From the NCBI GenBank assembly GCA_963735035.1, contig CAVTJJ010000004.1, positions 1,184,001-1,248,000 of the forward strand: 64,000 nt of DNA, read 5' to 3'. The translations under genes and the position numbers were made by a program. The notes beneath the pieces were generated by a model. That model was not told the origin of the DNA, did not search any database, and saw only the letters and a program-made list of their open reading frames with translations. The DNA is from an uncultured candidate division Zixibacteria bacterium. GTDB taxonomy: Bacteria > Zixibacteria > MSB-5A5 > GN15 > FEB-12. Positions 29,974 to 39,294 of this stretch are shown in pieces. Positions within the stretch are counted from its first letter, which is position 1; every line of letters begins with the position of its first letter.

Positions 29974-30807
29974 GTGGATTACACGACTTTCCTGTGGACA
30001 ACTGCCGGAGCCTTCCTGACGCTCTGCATCTTCTCGTTCTTGTACAAAGACAATCCTTTCTATAAGTTCGCCGAACATCTCTTCGCTGGACTCTCGGCCG
30101 GGTACTTCGCCATGATTCTATGGCACAACGGCCTGATTCCCAAGCTGATGTATGATCGCTTGGACGATGGCAACTGGTATTTCCTCTGGCTGGATTCGTC
30201 CAAGCCCTGGTTCCTGATTCCGGCGCTGCTAGGGGTTCTGATGTGGACCCGCTTCTCGCAGAAATACCAGTGGATATCGCGGTTCCCGCTCGCGATGTAT
30301 ATCGGCATCGGCGCCGGCATGGCGATACCTCTGGAGATGCGCGCCCGAGTGAACGAACAATTGTCGGCCATGATGCGCACGGCTCCATGGAATCAAGCTT
30401 ATTGGGACCACTTCTTCGGTAACGGCGGGTTCAACCTGCTTGACACGATGTCCGGTCTCTCGCAGTTGATCGTCTTCATAGGCGCCATCTGTGCTCTGGT
30501 GTACTTCTTCTTCTCGAAGGCCCATACCGGGGTCGTTGGGGGCATGGCCAAGTTCGGTATCTGGATATTGATGATCGGTTTTGGTGCGTCATTCGGTTTC
30601 ACCGTGATGGCGCGTGTATCGTTGTTCATCAACCGGATGCAGTTCCTTGACCAGCGGTGGATCAAGACCGCGACTGCTGAGGCCGCGCCATGGTGGTACC
30701 TGGGGATTCTACTCCTCGTGGTGACGGTGGCTGTGGTCTACGCGGTCTGGGAGATTGTTGCCTTCATGGGTCGCAAGAAGAACGCGGGCGCCAATCAAGC
30801 CGGCTGA
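29974..30807 (+). CDS. Module 3 gene D: multi-pass membrane protein
   Basis: SFLYKDNPFYKFAEH, WISRFPLA and YFFFSKAHTG motifs; GTG start after AGGAGG. Confidence 0.8.
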   Translation: MDYTTFLWTTAGAFLTLCIFSFLYKDNPFYKFAEHLFAGLSAGYFAMILWHNGLIPKLMYDRLDDGNWYFLWLDSSKPWFLIPALLGVLMWTRFSQKYQWISRFPLAMYIGIGAGMAIPLEMRARVNEQLSAMMRTAPWNQAYWDHFFGNGGFNLLDTMSGLSQLIVFIGAICALVYFFFSKAHTGVVGGMAKFGIWILMIGFGASFGFTVMARVSLFINRMQFLDQRWIKTATAEAAPWWYLGILLLVVTVAVVYAVWEIVAFMGRKKNAGANQAG

Positions 30808-30833
30808 TCGAAAACAGACTGACGATTAATCTC

Positions 30834-30870
30834 GAAACCCTGCCTTTTCAGAGGCGGGGTTTCTTTTTTT
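30834..30870 (+). terminator. Rho-independent terminator ending the 12-gene operon
   Basis: GAAACCCTGCC-TTTTCAGA-GGCGGGGTTTC followed by T7. Confidence 0.85.
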
Positions 30871-30886
30871 CGACGCACGAATATTC

Positions 30887-30916
30887 TTGACCCGCCCACA
30901 GGTTTAGTCGTATAAT
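30887..30916 (+). promoter_or_regulatory. Putative sigma70 promoter
   Basis: TTGACC-N18-TATAAT. Confidence 0.55.
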
Positions 30917-31224
30917 ACGATAGGAACCGTTGGCTGCTCTCTAACAGTAAGGGAATGGACTGCAATAGGTTGATGAAAGTCTACTCGTTCAGACATTTTC
31001 GACCGCTACAAATGTCAGTGTCCCAAGCGGTTGCAAATCGTCGAGAATGAGGCCGAAGTTAACCCGTTATTCGGTAGACGGATACTCGAAAAAAAATCGA
31101 GTAGGACTGAAGATTTTCCTTGACATACAGGCAAATATTTCCTTACATCGCGATGTGGAAGGGCGCTTGCGCCATGGATTTGTTTTAGGGTAGCAGAACT
31201 TACACAGGGAAAGTGAGGTGGCTG

Positions 31225-31572
31225 ATGGCTCGGACTAGTGTACCAGCCCAAGCCGAAAGCAACAGGGAAGCTGCCGACCAGAGAGAGGATCAGGCCAGAG
31301 TCAAAGCCCGCCTGTCAACGGCAGAGGCTCGACGCGATTATCAGCGGCGGTACTACCAGATGCACAAGGAAAAGGCTAAGGAGTACCAGCGTCAGTACAA
31401 TCTGACCCACAAGAAGAAGGCTCGGGTAGGGCGCGGCAAATCGAATATGCTGGCGTCACGCGAAGTCATTCGGGGAACCTTCAATACCGCTGACATCATG
31501 CACTCGCCGGTCGAAAAGACCCTGAAGATTCTGGAGAAGATCATCAGGGGCGAGCGAATGTTTACGATGTAA
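31225..31572 (+). CDS. Small basic hypothetical protein
   Basis: ATG after GAGGTG RBS; Arg/Lys/Tyr-rich helix RRDYQRRYYQMHKEKAKEYQRQY; followed by a terminator-like hairpin. Confidence 0.7.
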   Translation: MARTSVPAQAESNREAADQREDQARVKARLSTAEARRDYQRRYYQMHKEKAKEYQRQYNLTHKKKARVGRGKSNMLASREVIRGTFNTADIMHSPVEKTLKILEKIIRGERMFTM

Positions 31573-31590
31573 GAGCCCGGCAGCAAGATT

Positions 31591-31631
31591 AAGGGCGACC
31601 GGAGGCATCGGAGTCTCGGCCGTCCTTTTTT
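31591..31631 (+). terminator. Probable Rho-independent terminator
   Basis: Imperfect hairpin AAGGGCGACCG...CGGCCGTCCTT plus T-run. Confidence 0.5.
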
Positions 31632-31715
31632 ATTGCATTTCGGCCCGATCGCCTGTTACTTGCCGAAGCTAAATTGTGAATATAGCATGAGTTAGTGATA
31701 TTTACAGGGGGCGCT

Positions 31716-34544
31716 ATGGCGACACCTAAATCTACCGCGACTAAGGAAAAAACGCCGCGGAAAGTGAAAACTGAGACCAAAGGCAAGGATAAGGCCGAAA
31801 ATATGGTCACCGGAAAGAAATACTACTACTTCTTCGGCGGCGGCAAAGCCGAAGGCAACTCCGAGATGCGCGATCTTCTTGGCGGCAAAGGAGCCGGTCT
31901 CGCGGAGATGACCAATGCAGGTATCCCGGTTCCGCCGGGATTTACGATTACCACCGAAGTGTGTGCCGTCTACTACGATCACGGCATGAACCTTCCCAAA
32001 GAGCTCGACGCCGAAATGAAAACGTTCCTGGGCCGTATCGAAGCGGCTACGGGCAAGACGTTCGGCGACCCGGCCAATCCGCTCCTGGTGTCGGTTCGTT
32101 CGGGCGCGAAGTACTCCATGCCCGGCATGATGGACACGATCCTGAATCTGGGACTGAACGAGGAGACCGTCGATGGTCTGACGAAGAAGACCGGCAACGA
32201 ACGCTTCGCGCTGGACAACTACCGTCGCTTCATCCAGATGTTCGGCAACGTCGTACTGGGTATCGACAAGGACCAGTTCGAGGAAGTGATCGAGAAGAAG
32301 AAGAAGGATCGGCGCATCCGTCAGGATAGCTCCCTGCAGCCGACCGACCTGAAAGACATCATCAAGAAGTACAAGGCGATAGTAAAGCGCAACTCGGGCG
32401 AGGCCTTCCCCGACGATCCATACAAGCAGCTCAAGATGGCCCGCGACGCCGTATTCCGCAGTTGGAATAATCCGCGCGCGATTACCTATCGCCGCTTGCA
32501 CGGTATCCCGGCCAATCTCGGAACCGCGGTCAACATACAGGCGATGGTGTTTGGCAACATGGGCAAGGAATCCGGCACCGGGGTGGGTTTCACTCGCAAC
32601 CCCTCGACCGGCGAGAAAGAATTCTACGGCGAGTTCCTGATTAACGCTCAGGGCGAGGATGTCGTGGCCGGCGTGCGTACGCCGCAGCCGATCTCCGAGC
32701 TTAAGACCGAAATGCCCAAAGCCTACAAGCAGCTCAAAGAGATTACAGACCGGCTGGAGAAGCACTATCGTGACATTCAGGACTTCGAGTTCACGATCGA
32801 AGAAGGCCATCTGTATATGCTTCAGACCCGCACCGGCAAGCGGACGGCACAGGCCGGAATCCGGGCGGCTGTCGAAATGGTGAAAGAGAAGCTGATTACA
32901 AAAGAAGAGGCTTTGATGCGGCTTGAGCCGACTCAGCTCGACCAGTTGCTGCATCCGCGTCTCGATCCGAAGGCCAAGTACGAAGTCATCGCGGTTGGAC
33001 TGGCCGCCTCTCCAGGCGCCGTATCCGGTCATGTGGTTTTCACTGCCGAGGATGCTGTCAAGGCCGGCGTCAAGCAGCCTACTATTCTGGTGCGGCAGGA
33101 AACCAGCCCGGATGATATCGAAGGCATGAATGTGGCCGTCGGTATTCTCACTTCGCGCGGCGGAATGACCTCCCACGCGGCAGTGGTGGCCCGCGGCATG
33201 GGCAAGTGCTGTGTCAGCGGCGCCGAAGCGCTCCGTGTCAATGCGGCCAAGAAGTTGTTCCAGGTCGGCAGGTTGACCATCAAAGAAGGCGAGACTATCA
33301 CGCTCAACGGTTCCACGGGTGAAATCATTGTCGGCAAAGTGGACACGATCGAACCGGAACTGTCCGGCGAGTTTGCTGAATTGATGAAATGGGCCGACGA
33401 AATCCGGACGCTGGGCGTTCGCGCCAACGCCGATATTCCGCGCGATGCGCGTCAGGCGGTACTGTTCGGCGCCGAAGGGATCGGCTTATGCCGTACCGAG
33501 CACATGTTCTTTGCGGAAGACCGCATTCCGGTCGTCCAACAGATGATTCTGGCCGACACCGCCGAGGAACGCCAGGAGGCTTTGGCCAAGTTGCTGCCGT
33601 TCCAGAAGAAAGACTTCAAGGGACTTTTCGAAGCCATGGAAGGAATGCCGGTTACGATCCGGACGCTCGATCCGCCGTTGCATGAGTTCCTGCCCAAGCG
33701 GGAAGAGATCGAAGAGAAGATCACCGCTCTGGACGACAAAGACGATGACTACGAAGAGAAACTGGCGGCGCTCGAAAAGACACTGCATCGGATTGATGAA
33801 CTGAAAGAGCTCAATCCGATGTTGGGTCACCGCGGTTGCCGGCTCGGTATCGTCTTTCCGGAAATCACGGAGATGCAGGCGCGGGCCATTTTTGAAGCGG
33901 CCTGCGAACTCCAGAAGCAGAAGAAGAAAGTGTTCCCCGAGATCATGGTTCCGCTCGTCGGACACGTCAACGAGTTGCGCCATCAGCGCGAGACGATCGA
34001 CCGGATCGCGCGCGAAGTCATGGCGCGCAAACGGGTCAAGGATCTCGACTATTTGGTAGGAACGATGATTGAGGTTCCTCGCGCCGCTCTTACGGCCGAC
34101 CAGATCGCCGGGGAAGCCGATTTCTTCAGCTTCGGTACCAACGATCTGACCCAGATGACGATGGGTTTCTCCCGCGACGATGCCGGACGGTTCCTGGGTG
34201 CTTATGTCGAGAAGGGCATTCTCCCTAAAGATCCGTTCGTCTCAATCGACATCGATGGAGTTGGCAAGTTAGTGAAGATGGCGAAGGACCTTGGTCGTTC
34301 CGTCAAACCGAATTTGAAAGTTGGCATCTGCGGCGAGCATGGTGGCGATCCGGCTTCGATTGATTTCTGCCATCGGGCTGGACTGAATTACGTTTCCTGC
34401 TCCCCGTTCCGGGTGCCGATCGCGCGCCTGGCTGCGGCCCAGGCGACGATTCGTCAGAAGAACGAAGAGGCCGCGGCAAAGAAAGGTAAGCCGGCGGGCG
34501 GTAAAGGCGCCAAAAACGCGACGCCCGAACCGGGCACGGCATGA
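31716..34544 (+). CDS. ppdK: Pyruvate, phosphate dikinase
   Basis: LLGGKGA, SVRSGA, phospho-His GGMTSHAAVVARG, GIGLCRTEHMF, FSFGTNDLTQ and GICGEHGG motifs. Confidence 0.97.
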   Translation: MATPKSTATKEKTPRKVKTETKGKDKAENMVTGKKYYYFFGGGKAEGNSEMRDLLGGKGAGLAEMTNAGIPVPPGFTITTEVCAVYYDHGMNLPKELDAEMKTFLGRIEAATGKTFGDPANPLLVSVRSGAKYSMPGMMDTILNLGLNEETVDGLTKKTGNERFALDNYRRFIQMFGNVVLGIDKDQFEEVIEKKKKDRRIRQDSSLQPTDLKDIIKKYKAIVKRNSGEAFPDDPYKQLKMARDAVFRSWNNPRAITYRRLHGIPANLGTAVNIQAMVFGNMGKESGTGVGFTRNPSTGEKEFYGEFLINAQGEDVVAGVRTPQPISELKTEMPKAYKQLKEITDRLEKHYRDIQDFEFTIEEGHLYMLQTRTGKRTAQAGIRAAVEMVKEKLITKEEALMRLEPTQLDQLLHPRLDPKAKYEVIAVGLAASPGAVSGHVVFTAEDAVKAGVKQPTILVRQETSPDDIEGMNVAVGILTSRGGMTSHAAVVARGMGKCCVSGAEALRVNAAKKLFQVGRLTIKEGETITLNGSTGEIIVGKVDTIEPELSGEFAELMKWADEIRTLGVRANADIPRDARQAVLFGAEGIGLCRTEHMFFAEDRIPVVQQMILADTAEERQEALAKLLPFQKKDFKGLFEAMEGMPVTIRTLDPPLHEFLPKREEIEEKITALDDKDDDYEEKLAALEKTLHRIDELKELNPMLGHRGCRLGIVFPEITEMQARAIFEAACELQKQKKKVFPEIMVPLVGHVNELRHQRETIDRIAREVMARKRVKDLDYLVGTMIEVPRAALTADQIAGEADFFSFGTNDLTQMTMGFSRDDAGRFLGAYVEKGILPKDPFVSIDIDGVGKLVKMAKDLGRSVKPNLKVGICGEHGGDPASIDFCHRAGLNYVSCSPFRVPIARLAAAQATIRQKNEEAAAKKGKPAGGKGAKNATPEPGTA

Positions 34545-36655
34545 GGCACGAGTTAGACGCAATCTTCAGGCCCCGATCACTGGCGGTTATCGGGGCCACT
34601 CCGAAGAAAAGGACAATCGGACGCGAGACGCTGCATAACATCTTTTCCGCCGAGTATCAGGGAAAGATCTTTCCGGTCAATCCCAACTACGAAGTTATCA
34701 ACTCCGTCAAGTGCTACTCCACCATTCTTGATGTTCCCGACGCGGTCGATCTGGCCGTGATTATCGTCCCCAAGCAGCACGTGAAAGAAGTCGTGCGGCA
34801 GTGCGGCGAGAAGGGTGTCAAAGGGCTGGTGGTCATATCGTCCGGGTTCTCCGAAGTGGGCGCCGAAGGCAAAGCGCTCGAGGCGCAGGTGGTCGAGGTC
34901 GTTCGCAATTACGGTATGCGGTTGGTCGGGCCGAACTGTTTCGGTGTGGTCAACGCCGATCCCGAAATCAGTCTCAACGCGACCTTCGGCAAGACCTTCC
35001 CCAAGCATGGCAACGTTGGATTCATAACCCAGTCCGGCGCCATGGGCGAGGCGGTTATGAATCAGGCCGCCGAACTCGGTATCGGATTCTCCAAGATCGT
35101 ATCGATCGGCAACAAGGCGGATGTCTCGTCCAACGACATACTTACCTATTTCCGCGATGACAAGCAGACTCAGATTATCCTGCTCTATCTCGAGAACTTC
35201 GGTAATCCGCTGAACTTTACGCGTATCGCCACGGAAGTCTCGCGAATCAAACCGGTCGTAGCGGTGAAATCAGGCCGGACCAAGCTTGGCGCTAAGGCGG
35301 CGTCATCGCACACCGGTGCCCTGGCCGGGCTCGATGTCGGTGTTGATGCGTTGTTCGATCAGACCGGCATTATGCGTGTAGATACGACCGAAGAGTTGTT
35401 CGATGTGGCTGCGCTGCTCTCGCGGCAGCCGATCCCCAAGGGGAAACGAGTGGTGGTTGTCACCAACGCCGGCGGACCCGGCATTCTGGCCACCGACACG
35501 CTGATTGCCAACGGGCTCGAAATGCCCGATCTGGCGCCGGAGACTATCAAAGAACTCCGGAAGTTCACTTCCGCCGACGCTTCCTATTCCAACCCGATGG
35601 ACATGGTGGCGGGGGCAGGACCCAACGAATATCTCAAGACACTCAATGTCGTCACGAAAGATAAGCGCTACGATGCGATCCTGACGATTTTCATAGCCAC
35701 GGTGACCGTCGATGAAATGGAAGTGGCGCGAAAGATTCATGAAGGGCTGCAGGGGTGCGACAAGACGCTCCTGGCCTGTCTCATGGCGGCGGGCGAAAGA
35801 CGGGCCGGGATCGAGTTCCTGAACTCGAACGGCATTCCGACCTACATCTTCCCCGAGGCGGCGGCCAAAGCACTTGTGATCGTAGAGCGGTATCGTCAGT
35901 GGCTCGAACGCCCAATGGGCAAACCGAAGACCTTCCCGGTGGACACCGCCCGCGTGCGTGAGATCATTACGCGCAGCCTCAAGAGCGGCAAGAAGGCGAT
36001 TGTCGGCGAAGACGCTATGGAGATTCTGGACGCCTACGGCATTCAGGCGGCGGGATACAAATTTGCCTTCACTCCGAAAGAGGCGGTCACGGTCGCGAAA
36101 GAACTCGGCTATCCCGTAGTGATGAAAATCAACACGCCGCCCATTCTCCACAAAACCGAAGTCGGCGGGGTGATGGTCGATCTGCGGTCGGACGCCGAAG
36201 TGAAGAAAGCCTGGAATGAGCTTCGTTCCCGCGTGGGCGAGATCAAGAAGGGCGAGAAGTTTTCGGTGGTCATGCAGCAGATGATCACCGGTGCGGTCGA
36301 GACGGTGATCGGCATGACGACTGATCCGTCGTTCGGTCCTCTGATCATGTTCGGTCTGGGTGGCATCTACGTGGAAGTCATGAAGGACGTTGCTTTCCGG
36401 ATCAACCCGCTGACGCCGCAGAAGGCCCGGCGCATGATCGAATCGCTCAAGTCGTATCCGCTGTTGACCGGGTTTAGAGGAGCGCCGCCGGTTGATCTCG
36501 AAATTGTCGAGGAGACCCTGTTGAGAGTCTCGCAATTGGTCAAGGATTTCGATTGTCTGTCAGAAATTGACATAAATCCCTTTATCGTTTCGGCCGAGCG
36601 GGAGCGTTGCATCGCGGTGGACGCCCGATTTATCGTGCGCGAACCCTTGACGTGA
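34541..36655 (+). CDS. Acetate/acyl-CoA ligase (ADP-forming), fused alpha-beta
   Basis: CoA-binding N-domain, GPNC.G, SHTG phospho-His, NAGG, NPMD, ATP-grasp HKTEVGGV and DINP; no GNAT domain. Confidence 0.9.
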   Translation: MRHELDAIFRPRSLAVIGATPKKRTIGRETLHNIFSAEYQGKIFPVNPNYEVINSVKCYSTILDVPDAVDLAVIIVPKQHVKEVVRQCGEKGVKGLVVISSGFSEVGAEGKALEAQVVEVVRNYGMRLVGPNCFGVVNADPEISLNATFGKTFPKHGNVGFITQSGAMGEAVMNQAAELGIGFSKIVSIGNKADVSSNDILTYFRDDKQTQIILLYLENFGNPLNFTRIATEVSRIKPVVAVKSGRTKLGAKAASSHTGALAGLDVGVDALFDQTGIMRVDTTEELFDVAALLSRQPIPKGKRVVVVTNAGGPGILATDTLIANGLEMPDLAPETIKELRKFTSADASYSNPMDMVAGAGPNEYLKTLNVVTKDKRYDAILTIFIATVTVDEMEVARKIHEGLQGCDKTLLACLMAAGERRAGIEFLNSNGIPTYIFPEAAAKALVIVERYRQWLERPMGKPKTFPVDTARVREIITRSLKSGKKAIVGEDAMEILDAYGIQAAGYKFAFTPKEAVTVAKELGYPVVMKINTPPILHKTEVGGVMVDLRSDAEVKKAWNELRSRVGEIKKGEKFSVVMQQMITGAVETVIGMTTDPSFGPLIMFGLGGIYVEVMKDVAFRINPLTPQKARRMIESLKSYPLLTGFRGAPPVDLEIVEETLLRVSQLVKDFDCLSEIDINPFIVSAERERCIAVDARFIVREPLT

Positions 36656-36712
36656 AGTCTGAATTGACGGTGGATAATATAGTGGTGAGACCCTTTATCC
36701 GGGGGATATTGC

Positions 36713-37252
36713 ATGCGTTATGAGTTGCGATCGATAGGCGTTTGGGCGTTTGTCCGGACCTCGTTCTTCATTCATCTGGTTTTCGGATTTATTCTCGGAC
36801 TCTTCTATGCCGCCATATTTGGATTGATCATGGCCGTGGCTTCCTCGCTGCCTATGGACGGTACGTCCGGATTCGACCCCACGACTCTGGGCCCAATCTT
36901 CATCATTATGCTGCCAATTCTATTTTCAGTTGGTTCCGCGGTGTTTGGGACCCTGTTTACGGCCATCCTGGTAATCGTCTACAACATGATTGTTAAGATG
37001 ACCGGCGGTGTTGAGTTTGAACTGGAGGCGACTACACTGGACCAGATGGCGATCAGTCGTCCATCACAGGGATCACCTACGGTAATCCCGGCGTACGCGC
37101 CACCACCTCCACCACCCTCGTCGATGCCGCCCGCACCACCCACACCGCAAAACGGGCCATCGCAGAATCCACCCCCGGCACCGCCCAAGTACGACTGGAC
37201 GCCGCCGCCATCGAGCGATCAACCGCATGGTCCTGAGTCGGAGAATCGATGA
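36713..37252 (+). CDS. DUF3566-like membrane protein with Pro-rich C-terminal tail
   Basis: LRSIGVWAF, two TMs, YN...GGVEFEL (family pattern recalled, not searched), poly-Pro tail. Confidence 0.65.
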   Translation: MRYELRSIGVWAFVRTSFFIHLVFGFILGLFYAAIFGLIMAVASSLPMDGTSGFDPTTLGPIFIIMLPILFSVGSAVFGTLFTAILVIVYNMIVKMTGGVEFELEATTLDQMAISRPSQGSPTVIPAYAPPPPPPSSMPPAPPTPQNGPSQNPPPAPPKYDWTPPPSSDQPHGPESENR

Positions 37253-38694
37253 GCGAGAATCAGGTACGCGTCCGCATAGCTCCGTCACCTACCGGCTATC
37301 TTCATGTCGGCACAGCGCGCGCTGCCCTGTTCAACTATTTCTATGCTCGTCATACGGGTGGCAAGTTTCTGGTGCGGATCGAAGACACCGACCAGGAACG
37401 CTCCAAGAAAGAATTCATCGAGCCAATTCTCGAAGGCCTTCGCTGGTTGGGATTGAACTGGGATGAAGACCTGGTGTTTCAATCGCAGCGGAACGCCCTC
37501 TATACATCCTATGTCGAGCGGTTCATAAAGACCGGCCAGGCCTACTACTGTTTCTGCTCGCCTCAAGACTTGCAGGCTGATCGCGAGAAAGCGATGGCAG
37601 CCAAACGGGACCCGCGATACAATCGTAAGTGCCTGGGACTTTCAATAGCTGAGATCGACGCTCGTCTGAAGGCGGGCGAGAAGCCGGCCGTGCGGGTGAG
37701 AATGCCCGATGGTTCGGTTGAATACGACGATATTATCGCCGGCCCACTCAGCCGTCAAAGTGACGATCTCGAGGATTTTGTCGTGGCCCGCTCGGATGGT
37801 ACGGTCACTTACAACTTTGCGGTGGTGGTCGACGACCACGAGATGGGCATCACCCATGTCATCCGTGGTAACGATCACATCACCAATACCTTCAAGCAGG
37901 TGGTGTTGTATCGCGCCCTTGGGTTGACCGAGCCGAAATTCTGTCATCTGCCCTTGATTCTCCGGCCGGACAAGCGCAAAGTTTCCAAGCGACTCGGCGA
38001 TAAAGACGTGGGTGAGTATCGCAAGGAAGGCATCCTGCCCGAAGCGATGGTCAACTACCTGTCTCTGTTGGGCTGGTCGCCCAAGACCGACAACGAAATC
38101 TATTCGGTCGACGAGTTGTCGGCGATGTTCGATATTGTGAATCTCCACGCGTCCAATGCTGTCTTCGATGACGAGAAGCTGTACGCGTTCAACCGGTCCC
38201 ACATTCAGCGCAAGAGTGACCACGAACTAGCTACATTGGTTGCGCCGCTGATTGTCGAAGCCGGGCTCTCTACCAAGTACTGGCTGGAGACGCGCTGGGA
38301 ATTTCTGCGACAAGTAATTGCGTTGCTGAAGCCGCGCGTTCAGTTCCTGCCCGACTTTGTCGCCCAGAGTGGCTACTTTTTCAACTCCGATTTCGTGTAT
38401 GAAGCCGAAGCCGAGGCCAAGAGTTTCAACGCCGAGAGTGCCGATCTAATGACGGCGCTGGCCGATCGCTACGAGTCGTTGGCCGATTTCACTCACGACT
38501 CCACCGAAAAGACGCTCGCTGATTTGGCCGTTGAACGAAATGTCGGGAAGGGCAAAATCATTCATCCGGCGCGTCTGGCGGTCTCGGGATCGTCACGCGG
38601 TCCGGGACTGTACGAGATGCTGGTGACGCTTGGCAAGCCGATCGTAGTCGAAAGACTTCGCAAAGCAGTGGCGTACATTCGTAACAAGACTTAG
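37249..38694 (+). CDS. gltX: Glutamate--tRNA ligase
   Basis: RIAPSPTGYLHVG (HIGH), RIEDTD, ITHVIRG and KVSKR (KMSKS) motifs. Confidence 0.96.
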   Translation: MSENQVRVRIAPSPTGYLHVGTARAALFNYFYARHTGGKFLVRIEDTDQERSKKEFIEPILEGLRWLGLNWDEDLVFQSQRNALYTSYVERFIKTGQAYYCFCSPQDLQADREKAMAAKRDPRYNRKCLGLSIAEIDARLKAGEKPAVRVRMPDGSVEYDDIIAGPLSRQSDDLEDFVVARSDGTVTYNFAVVVDDHEMGITHVIRGNDHITNTFKQVVLYRALGLTEPKFCHLPLILRPDKRKVSKRLGDKDVGEYRKEGILPEAMVNYLSLLGWSPKTDNEIYSVDELSAMFDIVNLHASNAVFDDEKLYAFNRSHIQRKSDHELATLVAPLIVEAGLSTKYWLETRWEFLRQVIALLKPRVQFLPDFVAQSGYFFNSDFVYEAEAEAKSFNAESADLMTALADRYESLADFTHDSTEKTLADLAVERNVGKGKIIHPARLAVSGSSRGPGLYEMLVTLGKPIVVERLRKAVAYIRNKT

Positions 38695-38712
38695 CAATTG
38701 AGGCAATTGCCT

Positions 38713-39195
38713 ATGTCCCTAGATACGAAGATTCCACAGGTCGGGGATATCGCTCCCGACTTCACTCTTATGAGTCACAACGAAGGCCAACTGAATCTGG
38801 CCTGGTATAGAGGCCGCAAGAACGTCATCCTGGCCTTCTATCCCGGTGACTTTACTCCGGTCTGCTCGGTCCAGATTCCCGGCTATGTCGCTCTTCAGGA
38901 TTCTTTCGATAAGCACGACTGCCAGGTAATGGGTATCTCGGTTGATTCTACGGCCTGTCATCAGGCCTGGGCCAAGTCATTGGGGGGGCTGTCATTCCCG
39001 CTCATGGCCGACTTTTATCCACACGGCGCCGTGGCTGAGAAATACGGCATGCTGAACGACAAGGGATATGCTGAGCGGGCGGTGTTTCTGATCGACAAAT
39101 CCGGTGTGATCCGCTACAAAGAGCATGTCCATCCCGCGTTGATGCCTGACAGCCAGAAGATGCTGGCGGCCCTGGCCGCGCTGTCAGGAAAGTAG
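38713..39195 (+). CDS. Peroxiredoxin (AhpC/TSA family, AhpE-like)
   Basis: APDFTL, FYPGDFTPVC and ERAVFLID motifs. Confidence 0.88.
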   Translation: MSLDTKIPQVGDIAPDFTLMSHNEGQLNLAWYRGRKNVILAFYPGDFTPVCSVQIPGYVALQDSFDKHDCQVMGISVDSTACHQAWAKSLGGLSFPLMADFYPHGAVAEKYGMLNDKGYAERAVFLIDKSGVIRYKEHVHPALMPDSQKMLAALAALSGK

Positions 39196-39294
39196 CGCTG
39201 GGCCGGGGCACGTTTTGGCCGGATCGTCTGTTACACTTCACGAGCCGGTTTAAATCTCCAAGCAACCGACCGGACGGTTCATAGGTCTGATAGA

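Noticed and set aside
31692..33176. Long antisense ORFs (also 15267-16436, 35303-36535, 39307-40170, 61615-62538 and others)
   Set aside because: They are shadow frames opposite well-supported genes, expected from GC-rich codon bias, and have no recognisable motifs.
38713..39195. Selenocysteine-containing peroxiredoxin
   Set aside because: The active-site codon is TGC (Cys) and the frame has no internal TGA.
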